Part shown: positions 13,681-25,723 of the stretch, in pieces | Numbering within the stretch: position 1 is the first letter of the stretch | Layout of the letters: every line of letters begins with the position of its first letter | DNA from: Penicillus capitatus | Lineage: Eukaryota; Plantae; Chlorophyta | Direction: 5' to 3' | Length of the DNA: 64,000 nt | NCBI GenBank assembly: GCA_965649825.1 | Contig: OZ287700.1 | Location: 620,001 to 684,000, forward strand | Program-made: the position numbers and the translations under genes | Notes under the pieces: generated by a model | What the model saw: the letters and a program-made list of their open reading frames with translations, nothing else | Told to the model about the DNA's origin: nothing | Databases searched by the model: none

Positions 13681-16600
13681 TCATTTCTTTTTCTTCGACG
13701 GCTTCTTCTCAACCTCCGTCGATTGGGTTTCGGAATTCTGTATGGCAGATTCGAATGCGCTGTGCACTGTCGACACGGCGGCGCACCTTGACGGTTCTGT
13801 TTGGCAGTCTCGCCGTCCATGCACGCAACGCCTCATCCACCTGCGTGACATGACGTGCGGTTTTCTGCCGCAGAGTGACGTCTACCTGTCTGTCGACTGG
13901 GTTAAAGAGGGAGAGACATTTGTGAATCTCTTCAAGTGTGATCGGATTCTGCTCCAATCGATCGACGCGTTCCGAAAACATGATGGTCTGCGCCACCTGA
14001 TCACACGCCTCGCTTTTCGATCCGCATCGAACGGAAATACGACGCGTTCTATGGTTCCAGCTGCGAAGTTATCGGAAAGATGCGCGAGGGTCGACAGATC
14101 GAACTCGTAAGGCATATGTCCTCGGTGTCTCTGGAACAATGCTGGCCACAGAAGGCGCCTCGATGCGTAGTCCGGCAGTGGCAAACCGAAGTGCTTGTCC
14201 CAGAAGCTCACAAACGCCTTTTCGTCTTTCTTCGTGCAGAGCTGCGGCTCCCGACTGTTGCCAACGACGAGCACACGCTCACCCGGTTTCAGAGCCTTGA
14301 CCTAAGAGCAATCAGGTCTCCTGACTCGACAGACTCCGCAAATGCGTGCTTCTTTGAGGAGATCCTTTTTGATCCGATTGGAGGCGTCGACGCCGCCAAA
14401 CTCTTTCAGTTTCTTCTTGTCCGTTACAAAGACCTGGCAGACACATGTCGGCAGGCGGTCCTCCGTTGAGCAGCGTGTGGATCTTGCCTTTTCGCATTCG
14501 TCGATGTAGATAACGGAGGGCGCCATGATCTTTGCGACTTTGAAGACCTATGTCTGTTTCCTTCTGCAGATCGCATTGGTGCGGCGTCCACGACCATGTG
14601 GATCAGAAGGGAGACTTGTTTGCCGTGGTATTTCCCGTCTGTGTTCTTGGGACTCAGATCGAAGAAATTTGCGCCGGTCTCGTAGGCGATCGCACGGGAG
14701 AGCATTGTTTTGCCCGTCATTGGATGTCCATACAGCAAAACTGTCCGGACGTGGGGCACCCTGTGATATCGCACATGCAAATGTGCTTCTGTGTGCCGCA
14801 CACGTACGTATCGTGAATGTATTGCGATCCGAGTGGCAAGATGCAAAACTCTGTCAGAATTTGCCGGATCTGCGACAGCGAAGCGTCCGGAACTGTCCCA
14901 GCCCTTTCGAAAACGGTCCCCAGAAAGTTGAACGTGCCAACGTAGTCCTTCATCCGACTCTCTGGGCATTTCTTGACGATTCTCGCACTTACAAGCTCAG
15001 AATAGAGTGACTCCGCACTCCGATCTGCCTGCAACAGATAGAACGGTTACAATTGTCTTCTCTGTCATCGTGGCAAACGGTTGGATCTTTTTTGTTTTTC
15101 CCTTTTTTATTTGCTTTGCCCTTCTTGCCCTTCTTCCCCTTGGAACCTTTCTTGCCTTTCTTGCCTTTGGCATCACGTTCTGCCTCGAGCATTTCCTGCC
15201 GATGGCCATCTGAGGTGGGTCCGAAGGAGAGAACGTGCCTTTAGGTTCTGTAGCATGACGGCGACTTCGGCATCGACTTCTTGACGGATCTCCTCAAAGA
15301 CAACAGGCCTCAGTTCTTCCTTCACAAGCTCCGTGTCATGCATCTGCTGAAAATTGTGTTCCTCATTTCTCTCCTGCCACTTGGATGTATACACATCCAC
15401 TGTCTTCTCCAGATCGAGTACAAAAGCACTGGAAGGACCGTTTGTTACTTGAGGCGACCCTCCACAGACCATTCATTCGTCAGACCAGTCAAAACAGCTT
15501 GTGCCACACCTGAGTCATTTGGCACTGGATTCTCGCCATCCTGCTGTTCTTGAGGTTCGTTTGGCGGCGGATTCAAGATCGATGCGGACCCGCCTTCTTC
15601 TGGAAAGCTCGGATACTCTCCCGTTTCTGGGTCTCTGTTTTCAACGAACCAGGCATGGATCTGCAACGTCCGCCCTTAGAGGAAAAGCGGATCGGTAAAT
15701 CAGACGATGCACTTTGTCCTGAATGGTTTCTCTCATATCTTGTCCCTCCATCCAACGCACTCTCGTCTTGACATCTTTCAGAGCCGTTTCGTATTCTGAC
15801 TGATACTCTGCCTGCAGGACCTTCCTTCTTTTGAGGTTTTCATTTTCGATACATATCGGATCATTCTCTCGATCGATCTCCTGAAGAAAACGTCTGCTGG
15901 TATGGGAAGAGGACCCCGTCGTTGCTGTGCACACCTTTGGGTACATGCCGATGAAGACGAGCTCTTCATGCATTTTTGCCCTTATGTTTTTTCTCCACTG
16001 CATTCCGCGGACGGCTGCCTGAATCAAGATGGCGGCACTGTTCTTTCTAGACTCCTAAAGCAATAGCCTCGTGATGATGGTGCGTTTGCTCTCCTACGGC
16101 GAACTTGGACTTCTCGTGTTTCTGGAATCGGATCTAGAGACGCTTGTGCTGCTTCAGGAGAAACCGCCTCGCGATTTTCACCCTCTGATGCCTTGGGTGG
16201 CTCTTCTGTCTAAGAATGCAGAGAGATCTCCACTTGCACATGGTCCTGCCAAGATATAAAACCTCAATTTGACTCAACTCCTCCCGAATCTCGCCAAGTG
16301 CTGCATCCTCTTCTTGCAAAACAAGATCGCTTTGAATCTCAAACTTTTGCATCAGTGCCTCGAGGTATCGCTCGCGATCCTCCAACTCCTTAGACAGAGA
16401 TATGTCACTTCTTCAGGCCTCTCTCGTAAAGACATATACTTCTGCGCGTTCCTCTAAGAAAAAACGCGGAATTGGGATCTCCACAGCCTCAGGCGAGAGC
16501 TTCAAGTCCACAAGGACGTCGTCAAGATTCAAAAAATCGAGGTCGTTGTTCATCTTAACCTGATAACAACTCGCTCCCCGTATCGCAGAGCACTCGATCG

Positions 16601-16964
16601 ACGATGTACCAAATCATGTCGGATCTCGATCAGACGACCCATACATGCCAGCAAAGCATGTCTCATGTCTGCCCTCTTTTGTGGATGAAGCATTTGATCG
16701 TAGGCCATCTCGAGCTTTCGGTAGATTTGCACATACTTAATGTAAATGCACAACCACTCGGCCAGGTCCTGCAACACGCGTCATTCACAGAGAGAGCCAG
16801 AATGGGCACTTTTGGGGCCAGGATAGAATCATCTGGATTCCCGGCTTCCAGTTGATCGAGAAGCTCCATGACAGCCTCTCGCCAGAGAATATCGTACGTC
16901 CTGTACATCCAATGCCTCATGATCGCACACACTCGCAGAACCCTGTCCCTTACACATTCGACAT
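13681..16964 (-). CDS. DRC11: IQ and AAA domain-containing protein 1 / dynein regulatory complex subunit 11, ~13 introns
   Basis: MSNV|TYDILWREAVMELLDQLEA start, IQ motif IQAAVRGMQWR, Lys-rich KKGKK linker, Walker A LLYGHPMTGKTML, IYIDECEK, VLVVGNSREP. These match IQCA1/DRC11. Three introns need GC donors. Confidence 0.9.
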
Positions 16965-17044
16965 GGAGCAATCGCCGACGAAAACGTCAAAGAGATGATG
17001 CAATTGCCGTTTTAACGTCTCTCGCATGATCACTGTCTTTTGCG

Positions 17045-20000
17045 GTGATGTTTTCCATTCGACGGCATCTCTGGTCAGCTCTAAGGGACATCCGATATTC
17101 GTCGCAGACACTGCAGAGTGTCTACTGCTGTGGCGAGGTCAGTCAATTCTCTCAGATCCGTTCGTCTTCCAACAAGGGAAGTTTCTTGACGAAATTTTGG
17201 AAAAGGCATAAACACAGTGACGCTTCATGGAGTCGATTTCGGGATCCTTGCTGTAGTGTCGGGGGCGCCGACAAGGGCGATGGCGAATTGGGTGATGGCG
17301 GTGGAAATGGAGGAAGTGGATCGGGTCGAGGCGGACGTCCTCGTCAGAACAGAAAATCGAATTCTTCTGGTGACGAGGAAGGTGTCGTGGTCGTGAAACC
17401 GGAAGACAAATTCCGAAGCGTCTTGGTCATCGAGCTCAACAGACGACCCCTGATGCCAGGCACCGCCATGCCTGTCGTCGTCAGCAATGCCAAACTGGTC
17501 GAAGAACTGACAGAACTCAAAAAAGCGGGGTACCTATGATCTCACACAAATTGCTGGTTGCATTTGTGTGAGAAGTGGATCGGTGTATGTGGGAGCATTT
17601 CTCAGGCGTCAGTCTGAGAGTTCCATACCGCTGACGCTCGATGATATCGAGAAGGATACCGCATCCGATCCTGCAGCGCATCTGTATGAAGTGGGGACTT
17701 TTGCTCAAGTCCATGCCATCATTCCTGCGGCAGAGCTGTCCGAAACGACCCACCTGATGTTGCTCGGACACAAACGCATCCGTCGACTATCCACCGTGAT
17801 CTCTTCCAATGAGACAGACAGGCAGAGCTGAGGATCTTATCCCTAGGTCAGTGCCGATCCGTTGCGTGTGACGAATCAAACACTCAAAGATAAGGCGCAC
17901 AAAGCAACGGATCATGTCAAGGCTCTGGCTATGGAGATTATTTCGACGATGCGGGATCTCTTTCAGTTGCATCCGCTGTACAGCGAACAGCTGAAATCTT
18001 TGCAGACATTTGTGGTGGGTGCCAATATGAGCAATGTTAGTCGATTGGCCGATGTGGGCGCCGGCATCTCTAGTGCAGAAGATGTCGTGCTTCAAGAGGG
18101 CGTCTTGGAGGAGCTGCACGTTCCGTCCAGAGCACAGAAAGTCTTGGAGTTGTTGAAGAAAGAGATCGATCTTGTGAAACTCCAACAGCAGATCGGGAAG
18201 AAAGTCGAAGAGAAGATCAGCAAAGACCAGAGGCGTTATTTTCTGATGGAACAGCTGAAGAGCATCAAGAAAGAACTGGGACTGGAGAAGGACGAGAAGA
18301 GTACCCTGACACAGAAGTAAGCACCATGAAATGGGTGACCCCTTTGATGTCGCGCCTCTCCAGATTCAAAGACAAGTTTGAGAAGTTTGAGAAGAAGGCA
18401 CCAGAGGAGGCAAGGACGGTTATATTGGAGGAGCTGGATAAGCTCAATGCCCTGGAACCCGCTTCTTCCGAGTTTAATGTGACACGGAATTACCTCGAGT
18501 GGTTGACGTCGATTCCGTGGGGAAGCTACAGTGAAGAGAAGCTCGATGTCCATCACGCCAAAGAGGTGCGTGTCACATTGCCAATCTATAGCCGCCGTGT
18601 GTTTTGTGACACAATCAGGTCTTGGATGAGGATCATTATGGTTTACAAGATGTCAAGGATCGCATTCTGGAGTTCATTGCTGTGGGTCTTCTAAAGGGCT
18701 CGACACAAGGGAAGATTCTGTGTCTGGTTGGTCCACCAGGCGTCGGAAAGACATCGATCGGCAGCTCCATTGCGCGAGCACTCAACCGAAGCTATTATCG
18801 CTTTTCGGTTGGCGGCTTGAGCGATGTGGCCGAAATCAAAGGCCATCGACGGACGTATGTTGGGGCAATGCCTGGGAAAATGGTGCAGTGTCTGAAATCG
18901 ACGAAGACATCCAATCCCTTCGTCTGTATTGACGAGATCGATAAACTGGGCAAAGGGTATCAAGGAGATCCGGCCAGTGCGCTGTTGGAGTTGCTCGATC
19001 CGGAACAGAACTCTAAATTCGTGGATCATTACTTGGATGTCCCTGTGGATCTGTCCAAAGTGCTCTTCATGTGCACGGCCAATATTCTGGACACCATTCC
19101 GATTCCGTTGATGGATCGAATGGAAGTGATCCGCATCTCGGGTGGGTTCTCCTACAAAGATGGGCGAGATGGTCGAGGGAATGCGTGAATGGAGGGGTTT
19201 GTCTGTTTAGGTTATCTTTCGGCTGAGAAGAAGGCCATTGCTCAGAAGTATCTGGAGCCACAGACAAAGAAGTCAACAGGCGTGCCAGAAGCGTCAGTGC
19301 AGATCGAGGATGTTGTCATGGATATGTTGATCAAGGTTGGCCTCGCTGAAAGCGGCTTTGGCGTTGCGAGGATGTGGATACAGGATTATTGCCGTGAGGC
19401 TGGAGTGCGGAATCTGAAGAAACATATTGAAAAGATCTACCGAAAATGCGCCCTTCGTTTGGTGCATGCAGGAGCCAAAGGACCAAAACAGCTAATGGAA
19501 GAGCAGAAGAAGGAGAACGAAGCAGGTGAGGCAGATGAAGAAGACGCAGAAAAGCCAACAGAGGCGAGCGAGGAATCCACCTCTAAAAAACCTGAGGAAA
19601 CGGCGACAGAACAGGCAGAACCGGAGATGCCGGCAGCAGAGTATACAGGGGATCCCATCGTGGTGACCCCTGCCAGTTTGCAAGACCTGGTGGGTGTTGC
19701 CCCGTTCAAGAGCGATCGGCTGTATGATAAGATGCCGCCTGGAGTGGCGATGGGACTTGCATGGACTGCAATGGGAGGCAGCACGCTCTATACAGAAGCC
19801 GCCGTCGCCGAACGTTCAGAAGGCAAGGTCAGCAATGCAATGCAATGCTAAAACCGAGCTTCATGCAAGAATGCCTCAGGGGGCACTCAAGACCACAGGG
19901 AACATTGGAGAGGTCATGAAAGAAAGCTCCGCCATTGCTCACACTTTCGCCAAAAGCTTTCTGCTGGAGAGGTGATCGACAGTTGTTCTTTTCGCCTGCC

Positions 20001-20509
20001 GATGATGATCGATGCTTTGTGGCTAGGGATCCAGAGAATGCTTTCTTTAGAGATTCCTTGGTCCATGTTCACTTTCCAGATGGTGCAACGCCCAAAGTCT
20101 GCCAGACATTTGTTACAAGCATGGTCTCGGATAGTGGATGCTGTTTACAGGATGGCCCCAGCGCAGGAGTGACATTGGTCACGGCCTTGCTCTCGTTGTC
20201 CCTTAAGAAACCCATCAAGCACAACCTGGCCATGACAGGTCCATCACATCCAGAAAACTTCCGCCTGTCTCATCGATCCCTGCGTTGCTAGGTGAGCTGA
20301 CATTGACTGGCAGAGTATTGCCCGTGGGTGGCATCAAAGAAAAGACGATCGCCGCTCGGCGCAGCGATGTCGAACATATCATCCTTCCGAACGGAAACAA
20401 GAAAGATTACGAGGAATTGGATGCAGATATCAAGCAAGATCTGAATGTCTATTTTGTAGACACATATGCCAATGTCTTTGATATCGCTCTCGGCACAGAC
20501 GGTTCTTAA
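17045..20509 (+). CDS. LON1: Lon protease, mitochondrial type, ~9 introns
   Basis: Presequence-like N-terminus, LON N-domain, Walker [45 protein letters not shown], catalytic DGPSAG and GGIKEK. Confidence 0.97.
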
Positions 20510-22350
20510 AAGATCCTTTCGATTTCTTTCTCATCTTCCCCAACGCCAGCCTCCTCCCCTTCTATTCTGTCAGGATAGAGTCTCTCCTGAACTTTCTGTC
20601 GAAAAATCTCCATAAGGCAGATCGACGGTTATGGACGATACCTTGAGATAGATGTTAGCGGCACGATCTTTACATCCTTCCTTTTCTGCCCTCTTTAAAC
20701 ACGTCTCGGAGAGTTTCAGATCTTCGAGCCTGTAGTTACAGATGCCTCTGGATAACCACATCGCGCCCTCGTGTGGATTGAGACAGCACGCCCTGCGCAG
20801 AAGGCGATGAATAGCAAGAGAAAGGCACAGGAGATGACCTACTCGGTAAAAGCTTTTTCTGCAAGGGACAAGACGCCTGCCAATTCGTATGCCTGTCCTC
20901 TGAGATGCCAAGCCTGTGAATTCTTACGATCCCTAATCACCACTTCGTTCAACACCTCTGCTCACAGCACAGTACAGCACATGTTTGCCTTTCTCACAGA
21001 AAAGTGGTACCCAAGGCTTCTGCATGTTGACGCTGTTCCATGTATTCCTGTGCCATATACATTCTGGCATTCAAACAGTCATCATCCAACTGCACAGCTC
21101 TCTTGAAGTACTCAATAGCCTAGACATCGCCATAGTGGATGGTGCTGTGCATCTGAGGCGGTCACTCTTTGCCTTTTTAGGGTTTTGTCTCAGGGAGTAA
21201 TGGTGTCCCATGATGCAGCAGGCCTCTGGTGTGAACTTCTTTGTCTTGGAGAATTCTCTGGCGAGTTCAGCCAACTCCACTTTTTTGTTCATAACATAAA
21301 GCAATGCCGCATAGACTTCCATATCCTCACACATCCAAGAAGATATCTAACACTCGGATCTCACACAAATCATCTACTTCTGTTCGGTGCGGATCCAGTC
21401 CCAGTACTGTCTCAAAAAACGTCAGCGCATGGGCATACTCCCCCGTGTGATACATACACTTCCCCATCTGCACGCACAAACACACCGATCCATGATCGAC
21501 ACCCATCATCCTGGTTTCTGACCGAGGCGTAGAAGAAAACACTCTGCGGGAAGATCTTCTGCGTCTCCTTGAGGAGACTGAGCGCTTTTTGATACTGCCT
21601 GAGCTGAATGAACACGTCGATGCGAAAAAACGATGCCATCCAATGATTGGGCAGCGATTTCTCCAACGATTCCATCGTCTTCATGTTCTTCACATGCTTC
21701 AGCAACTCCTTACAGCACGCGATTACACGTTGAGCTCCGTGACTGCGTGACATGACGGAGTGGCGACCTTCCAGGCTTCCCAATGACAAGGGAATCCCGA
21801 AACGGATTTGACTAACGCATCCATTGCCGTCTTCTTCGTCGTCAGTAGTCCATAGAGATAATGCATAAAGGGATCCTCCACGCGTGCCTGGAAGATATGG
21901 CGTTCGACTTCGGATCGAATCTGTTTCATCTCATTCGATAACGGCTCCTCTTGCGATGCCGCGCTGATGACAGCATCGATACTGTATGTACAGAGTAGAG
22001 ATGTCTTGCCTCTTGCGTCGTTTGGCGGCTTGGTAGCGAGAGAAATAGACCATGAAGGCGCCGCCTCTGCCATGGCCACTGCGCTCGAAGCACAGAGCGG
22101 CTCGTGTGTACTCTTGCTGAGCGAAGTAGTGACGTCCTGACGTGAAGCTCTGTCCTCCGTCTGCTGTCTCGATGATCTTGTGGCGGCCTTGACGAAAGGC
22201 TTTAGATATTTTTCTCTGTGACGGGACTTCGAAGGCGAGTGCCTGTTCCGCGATCCATGCCGCTGAACGGAAGAGACAACGCTGACGCAGTTCGGCCTCG
22301 GCCTCGCCTATTTCGAACGCCCGAGCGGCAATGTCGTCTCCTGTTGACAT
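20506..22350 (-). CDS. APC8: Anaphase-promoting complex subunit 8 (CDC23)-like TPR protein, divergent, ~8 introns
   Basis: [63 protein letters not shown]|[27 protein letters not shown]...|[12 protein letters not shown] parallel the CDC23/APC8 motifs. The final exon is inferred. Confidence 0.83.
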
Positions 22351-22543
22351 GACGTCTTTTGCGCGGGAAGACGGAAAACGTCGGATGAACGCGTTGAGTG
22401 GACGATGGCACACTTAAACGTCCATTACATACCAAATCTCTCCAGCGTATATCATCTCTCGTCCATTGGGCATTGCACAATGCAGTGTCCTTACGAACAT
22501 GGAGGGCTCCAAGAACTCACCCTTCCATCAGAATGCACGCTGA

Positions 22544-23919
22544 TTAATTATTTCTCGATTTGCGACGACCATAAGATCGGTTGCGACGCGTCGGTGTCGG
22601 CTGTCGACCGAAACTGAATGCAACTTCACTGTTAGGCATGAAAGGCTGCTGCTGTTGCTGCTGTTGTTGAAGTCCAGCTGGCTGAAAAGACGTCTGCGGT
22701 GCAGATGGTTGCTGTAGGGGCTGCGCTTGGAAGAGCGGCGGGCTCTGCATCGTGTTTCCACTGCCAAACGCCATCGTAGGTCCAGAAGATGTACTGCCAA
22801 ATCTTTGAAGAGGCTGAAAGGCCGAAGGCACCGGTGGCGGTTGCTGTTGCTGTTGCATGGTCATCGGCGTCGGCGGCGACGAATTGAATGAATTGGACTG
22901 AGCTGCAGGAGATGGATAGAGATCCGATCCAGTGTGACTGCCAAACGTTGGCGTCTGACTTCCAAAGAAGCTGCCTGGCGTCGAAGGATTGGAAAAGCTC
23001 TGATGGCTCAGCGAAGTTTGACTAAATGTCTGAACACTTGGGGCAAAACTGGAAGCTGAGAGCGTGGGCTGCTGAAAAGGCGGTTGATGTTGCTGTGGTG
23101 CTGCCGGCTGCTGCTGTTGCTGCTGGATATGCATGGAATTATGCTCCATTGACGTTTCCATGCCACCCATCTCCACTTCGTCATTTCTTCGCGATCGACT
23201 GGCACGGAGCACACGTCGTCTTCCTCCAGCTGCTGGCTGTGCTGGCGGACGTGCAGCGGCCTGGAACGGTCCCTGAGGCTGCACAGATGCCTGAGGTTGT
23301 GGCACGGGTGCCGGCGGTCGCAGTTGCTGTTGGGGCTGTGGCGGCGGAACCACTGGAGCAGAAGCTGCTGCGAATGGGGCAGGCAGATCGGGAGGCGGAG
23401 GCGCTGGTCGAGCGGCCGTCGGTGATCTGGATCGCTTTGGCTTGAAGGGAGACTCTTCCATGGCATCCGCTTCGATCGGAGATGCCGGTATGGCCAATGG
23501 TTCTGACACGGGGATAGGTGTTGTCGTCTTCACTTTAGGAGGCGAGCTGCCCATCTCGATCTCCGGAGATTCACAGCTTGGAGGAGGAAGGGGTTCAGAT
23601 ACGGTCGGTGACGTACGCGTCCGGCTTGTCGTCGGCGGCGATCGAGGCGGCGAGTTGGTGGCAGGAGAGATGGAACGTTTGGGTGCCTTGGTTGGAGTCG
23701 GTGGAGTCGATGCCACATCACTCGGCGCCTTCTCTTCCGGTACCGTCGCCTCGGGCAGCGTCGACCAGATTGTCGTCCCTTCGTTTTTTCGCTCGTATTC
23801 GCGGTAGTCCGACGAAGCCCAGAGCGATCGGTGAAACAGTTCCGGCGCACGTCTCCTAAGACTAAAGCAGATGGGACGCAGGTGAACAAACAATAGCGAC
23901 AGGCAACACACCGTTTCAT
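22544..23919 (-). CDS. Pro/Ser/Gln-rich low-complexity protein, possible FG nucleoporin (Nup1/Nup136/Nup153-like C-terminus)
   Basis: A short first exon MKR is spliced to the 455-aa ORF. The protein is disordered with SFFGS, TFGS, AFGSG and a terminal AFSFG followed by a basic tail (RRNRSYGRRKSR), as in basket nucleoporins. The family call is an inference. Confidence 0.55.
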
Positions 23920-24099
23920 GAGATTGGCTTTCTTTCGCGGGCCTTCATCCGTTTCGGTCCGATTGCGCGCATACATTTCGAGGTCGCTCACTAAAGTCAC
24001 TCAGTGTTTAAGGTCCGTGCGTTTAAGCTGAAAACCGTACCGTCTAGCACGAGACCCAGCACACGCATCGACGCGTTTGTTCTTCGTGTTCTTTTCGTC

Positions 24100-25435
24100 T
24101 TAGCCAAACAACACAACGAAAAGAAGTCCGAATGCGGTGTAAGGGATGGCGCGGTCAATTGTCGTTAGAAGCAACGTCTTGTCAAAACCGCGACGCCAGA
24201 TGCGAAAGGCACAGCTGTACAGGGGAGAAACAGCGATGCCGAAAAGAACGATCGTGGCGAGACGGATGATGGACGTGGTGGATGTGACGTATCGTGCAAG
24301 GAAATGCGCGATGGCCTCGTTGGGAAGATGTCGACCTCCGAGAACAGTCCCCGCAGAGAGAAAGAACAAAGCGACACAGATACTCGAAGAGCGGCCGAAG
24401 ACGACGGGAATCGTATAGAGGCCGGAGGCTCTGTCGCCTTCGATGTCGCCAATGTCCATCAGAATCTCCCGAAAGAGAATGGCGCCCAGAAGAAAGAGAG
24501 ATGTTGACATGACCTTCTGAACACCAATGCTGCCCTAGTGCTCGACGAAGGGATGAGATAGATCGCTGCTGGGGAATGACTCACGGTGCCAGCAGCCAGA
24601 GCGCCGGATATCGGACTCAGTGACGTTATCAAAGCCACAAGGAGATTTTTCACGAGTGTCAGAGATTTGAGGAACGGCGTGTAGAGCAGAGTGCCTGCGG
24701 CCGAGAAGGCAATGATCTGCCTGTAGGGACAGCTGTTGTCAGAGAAGGCAAAGAATGTGCGAGACCTGAGGGCGGGTGGCTCCATGAGGCATCCAGCCAC
24801 GAGGACAGAGATGTAGAAGAGCATCGTGATCAAGAGAGCGATGTCTGGACGGATGACGCCACTGGGCAGAGGCCTGTCTGGAGCGTTGATGCTGTCGACA
24901 CCAACGAGAAAGTCAAAGTAGTCGTTGACGACGACAGACCCCACAGCGACGCCCGCAGCAATCAACGCCATGATCCATACGCGAAAAGACAACAGCACTT
25001 TCCACGACAGTCCGACGGATTTCTAGAAAGAATGGACGTCCCCTTTGGTGTCTCTGCAGTTATGTTCTACCCATGCTCCGACGAAGACGAGGAGACAGGA
25101 AGGGAGATAGTTATGCAGGCGGGTCAGTTCCCAAAGACTGATCCATTGCTACAGACGGGCACATATTCAGTAGATGTACAGTGTTAAGGCGACAGGACTT
25201 GCTGCGTTGCGCCGCGGATAAGTTCCAGCCAGCCGCCGTGAGTTTGTGTGTTCTTCGAGACATTTCCGGTGTCGATACTGTGGCATGTCCATCGCTGGCG
25301 AAGAGATCGGTGGCGTCGAGACGTCGACCGACGTAACGGACCATCACGGTATTGCTGGCCAGATCTCTGCAGTGTTCCCGCTGTTGGACGATGTGCTAAA
25401 CAAGATGCATGCAGATGCAACGACAATAGCAGCAT
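24100..25435 (-). CDS. UbiA-family prenyltransferase (DGGGP-synthase-like), probably plastid-targeted, 4 introns
   Basis: Asp-rich motifs VVNDYFDFLVGVDSINAPDRPLPSG and REILMDIGDIEGD, several TM helices, and a transit-like first exon starting MLLLSLH. Confidence 0.88.
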
Positions 25436-25723
25436 CGCAGGAGCTGTCTTGGGTTTGATCCTGGATGACGGGTACACGTGTGCCAGCCATCAAACGTCAC
25501 ATCATGACGACGTCGCGTCCGTCGCATCCCCACATCGCAAGGGCAGCCTCATACGGTAGACAATTGTCCATGGAGTTACAGGAATGACGATGGAGTTGTG
25601 CAGAGAATCAGAAGACGAGAATCACTAAAAGAATACAGGTTAAGTGAGACACTACACGGCAGCCTCAAACGGTTCATCCAGAGAATTCAGCACACCCCCA
25701 CTACGATCCATCTAGAATGCATG

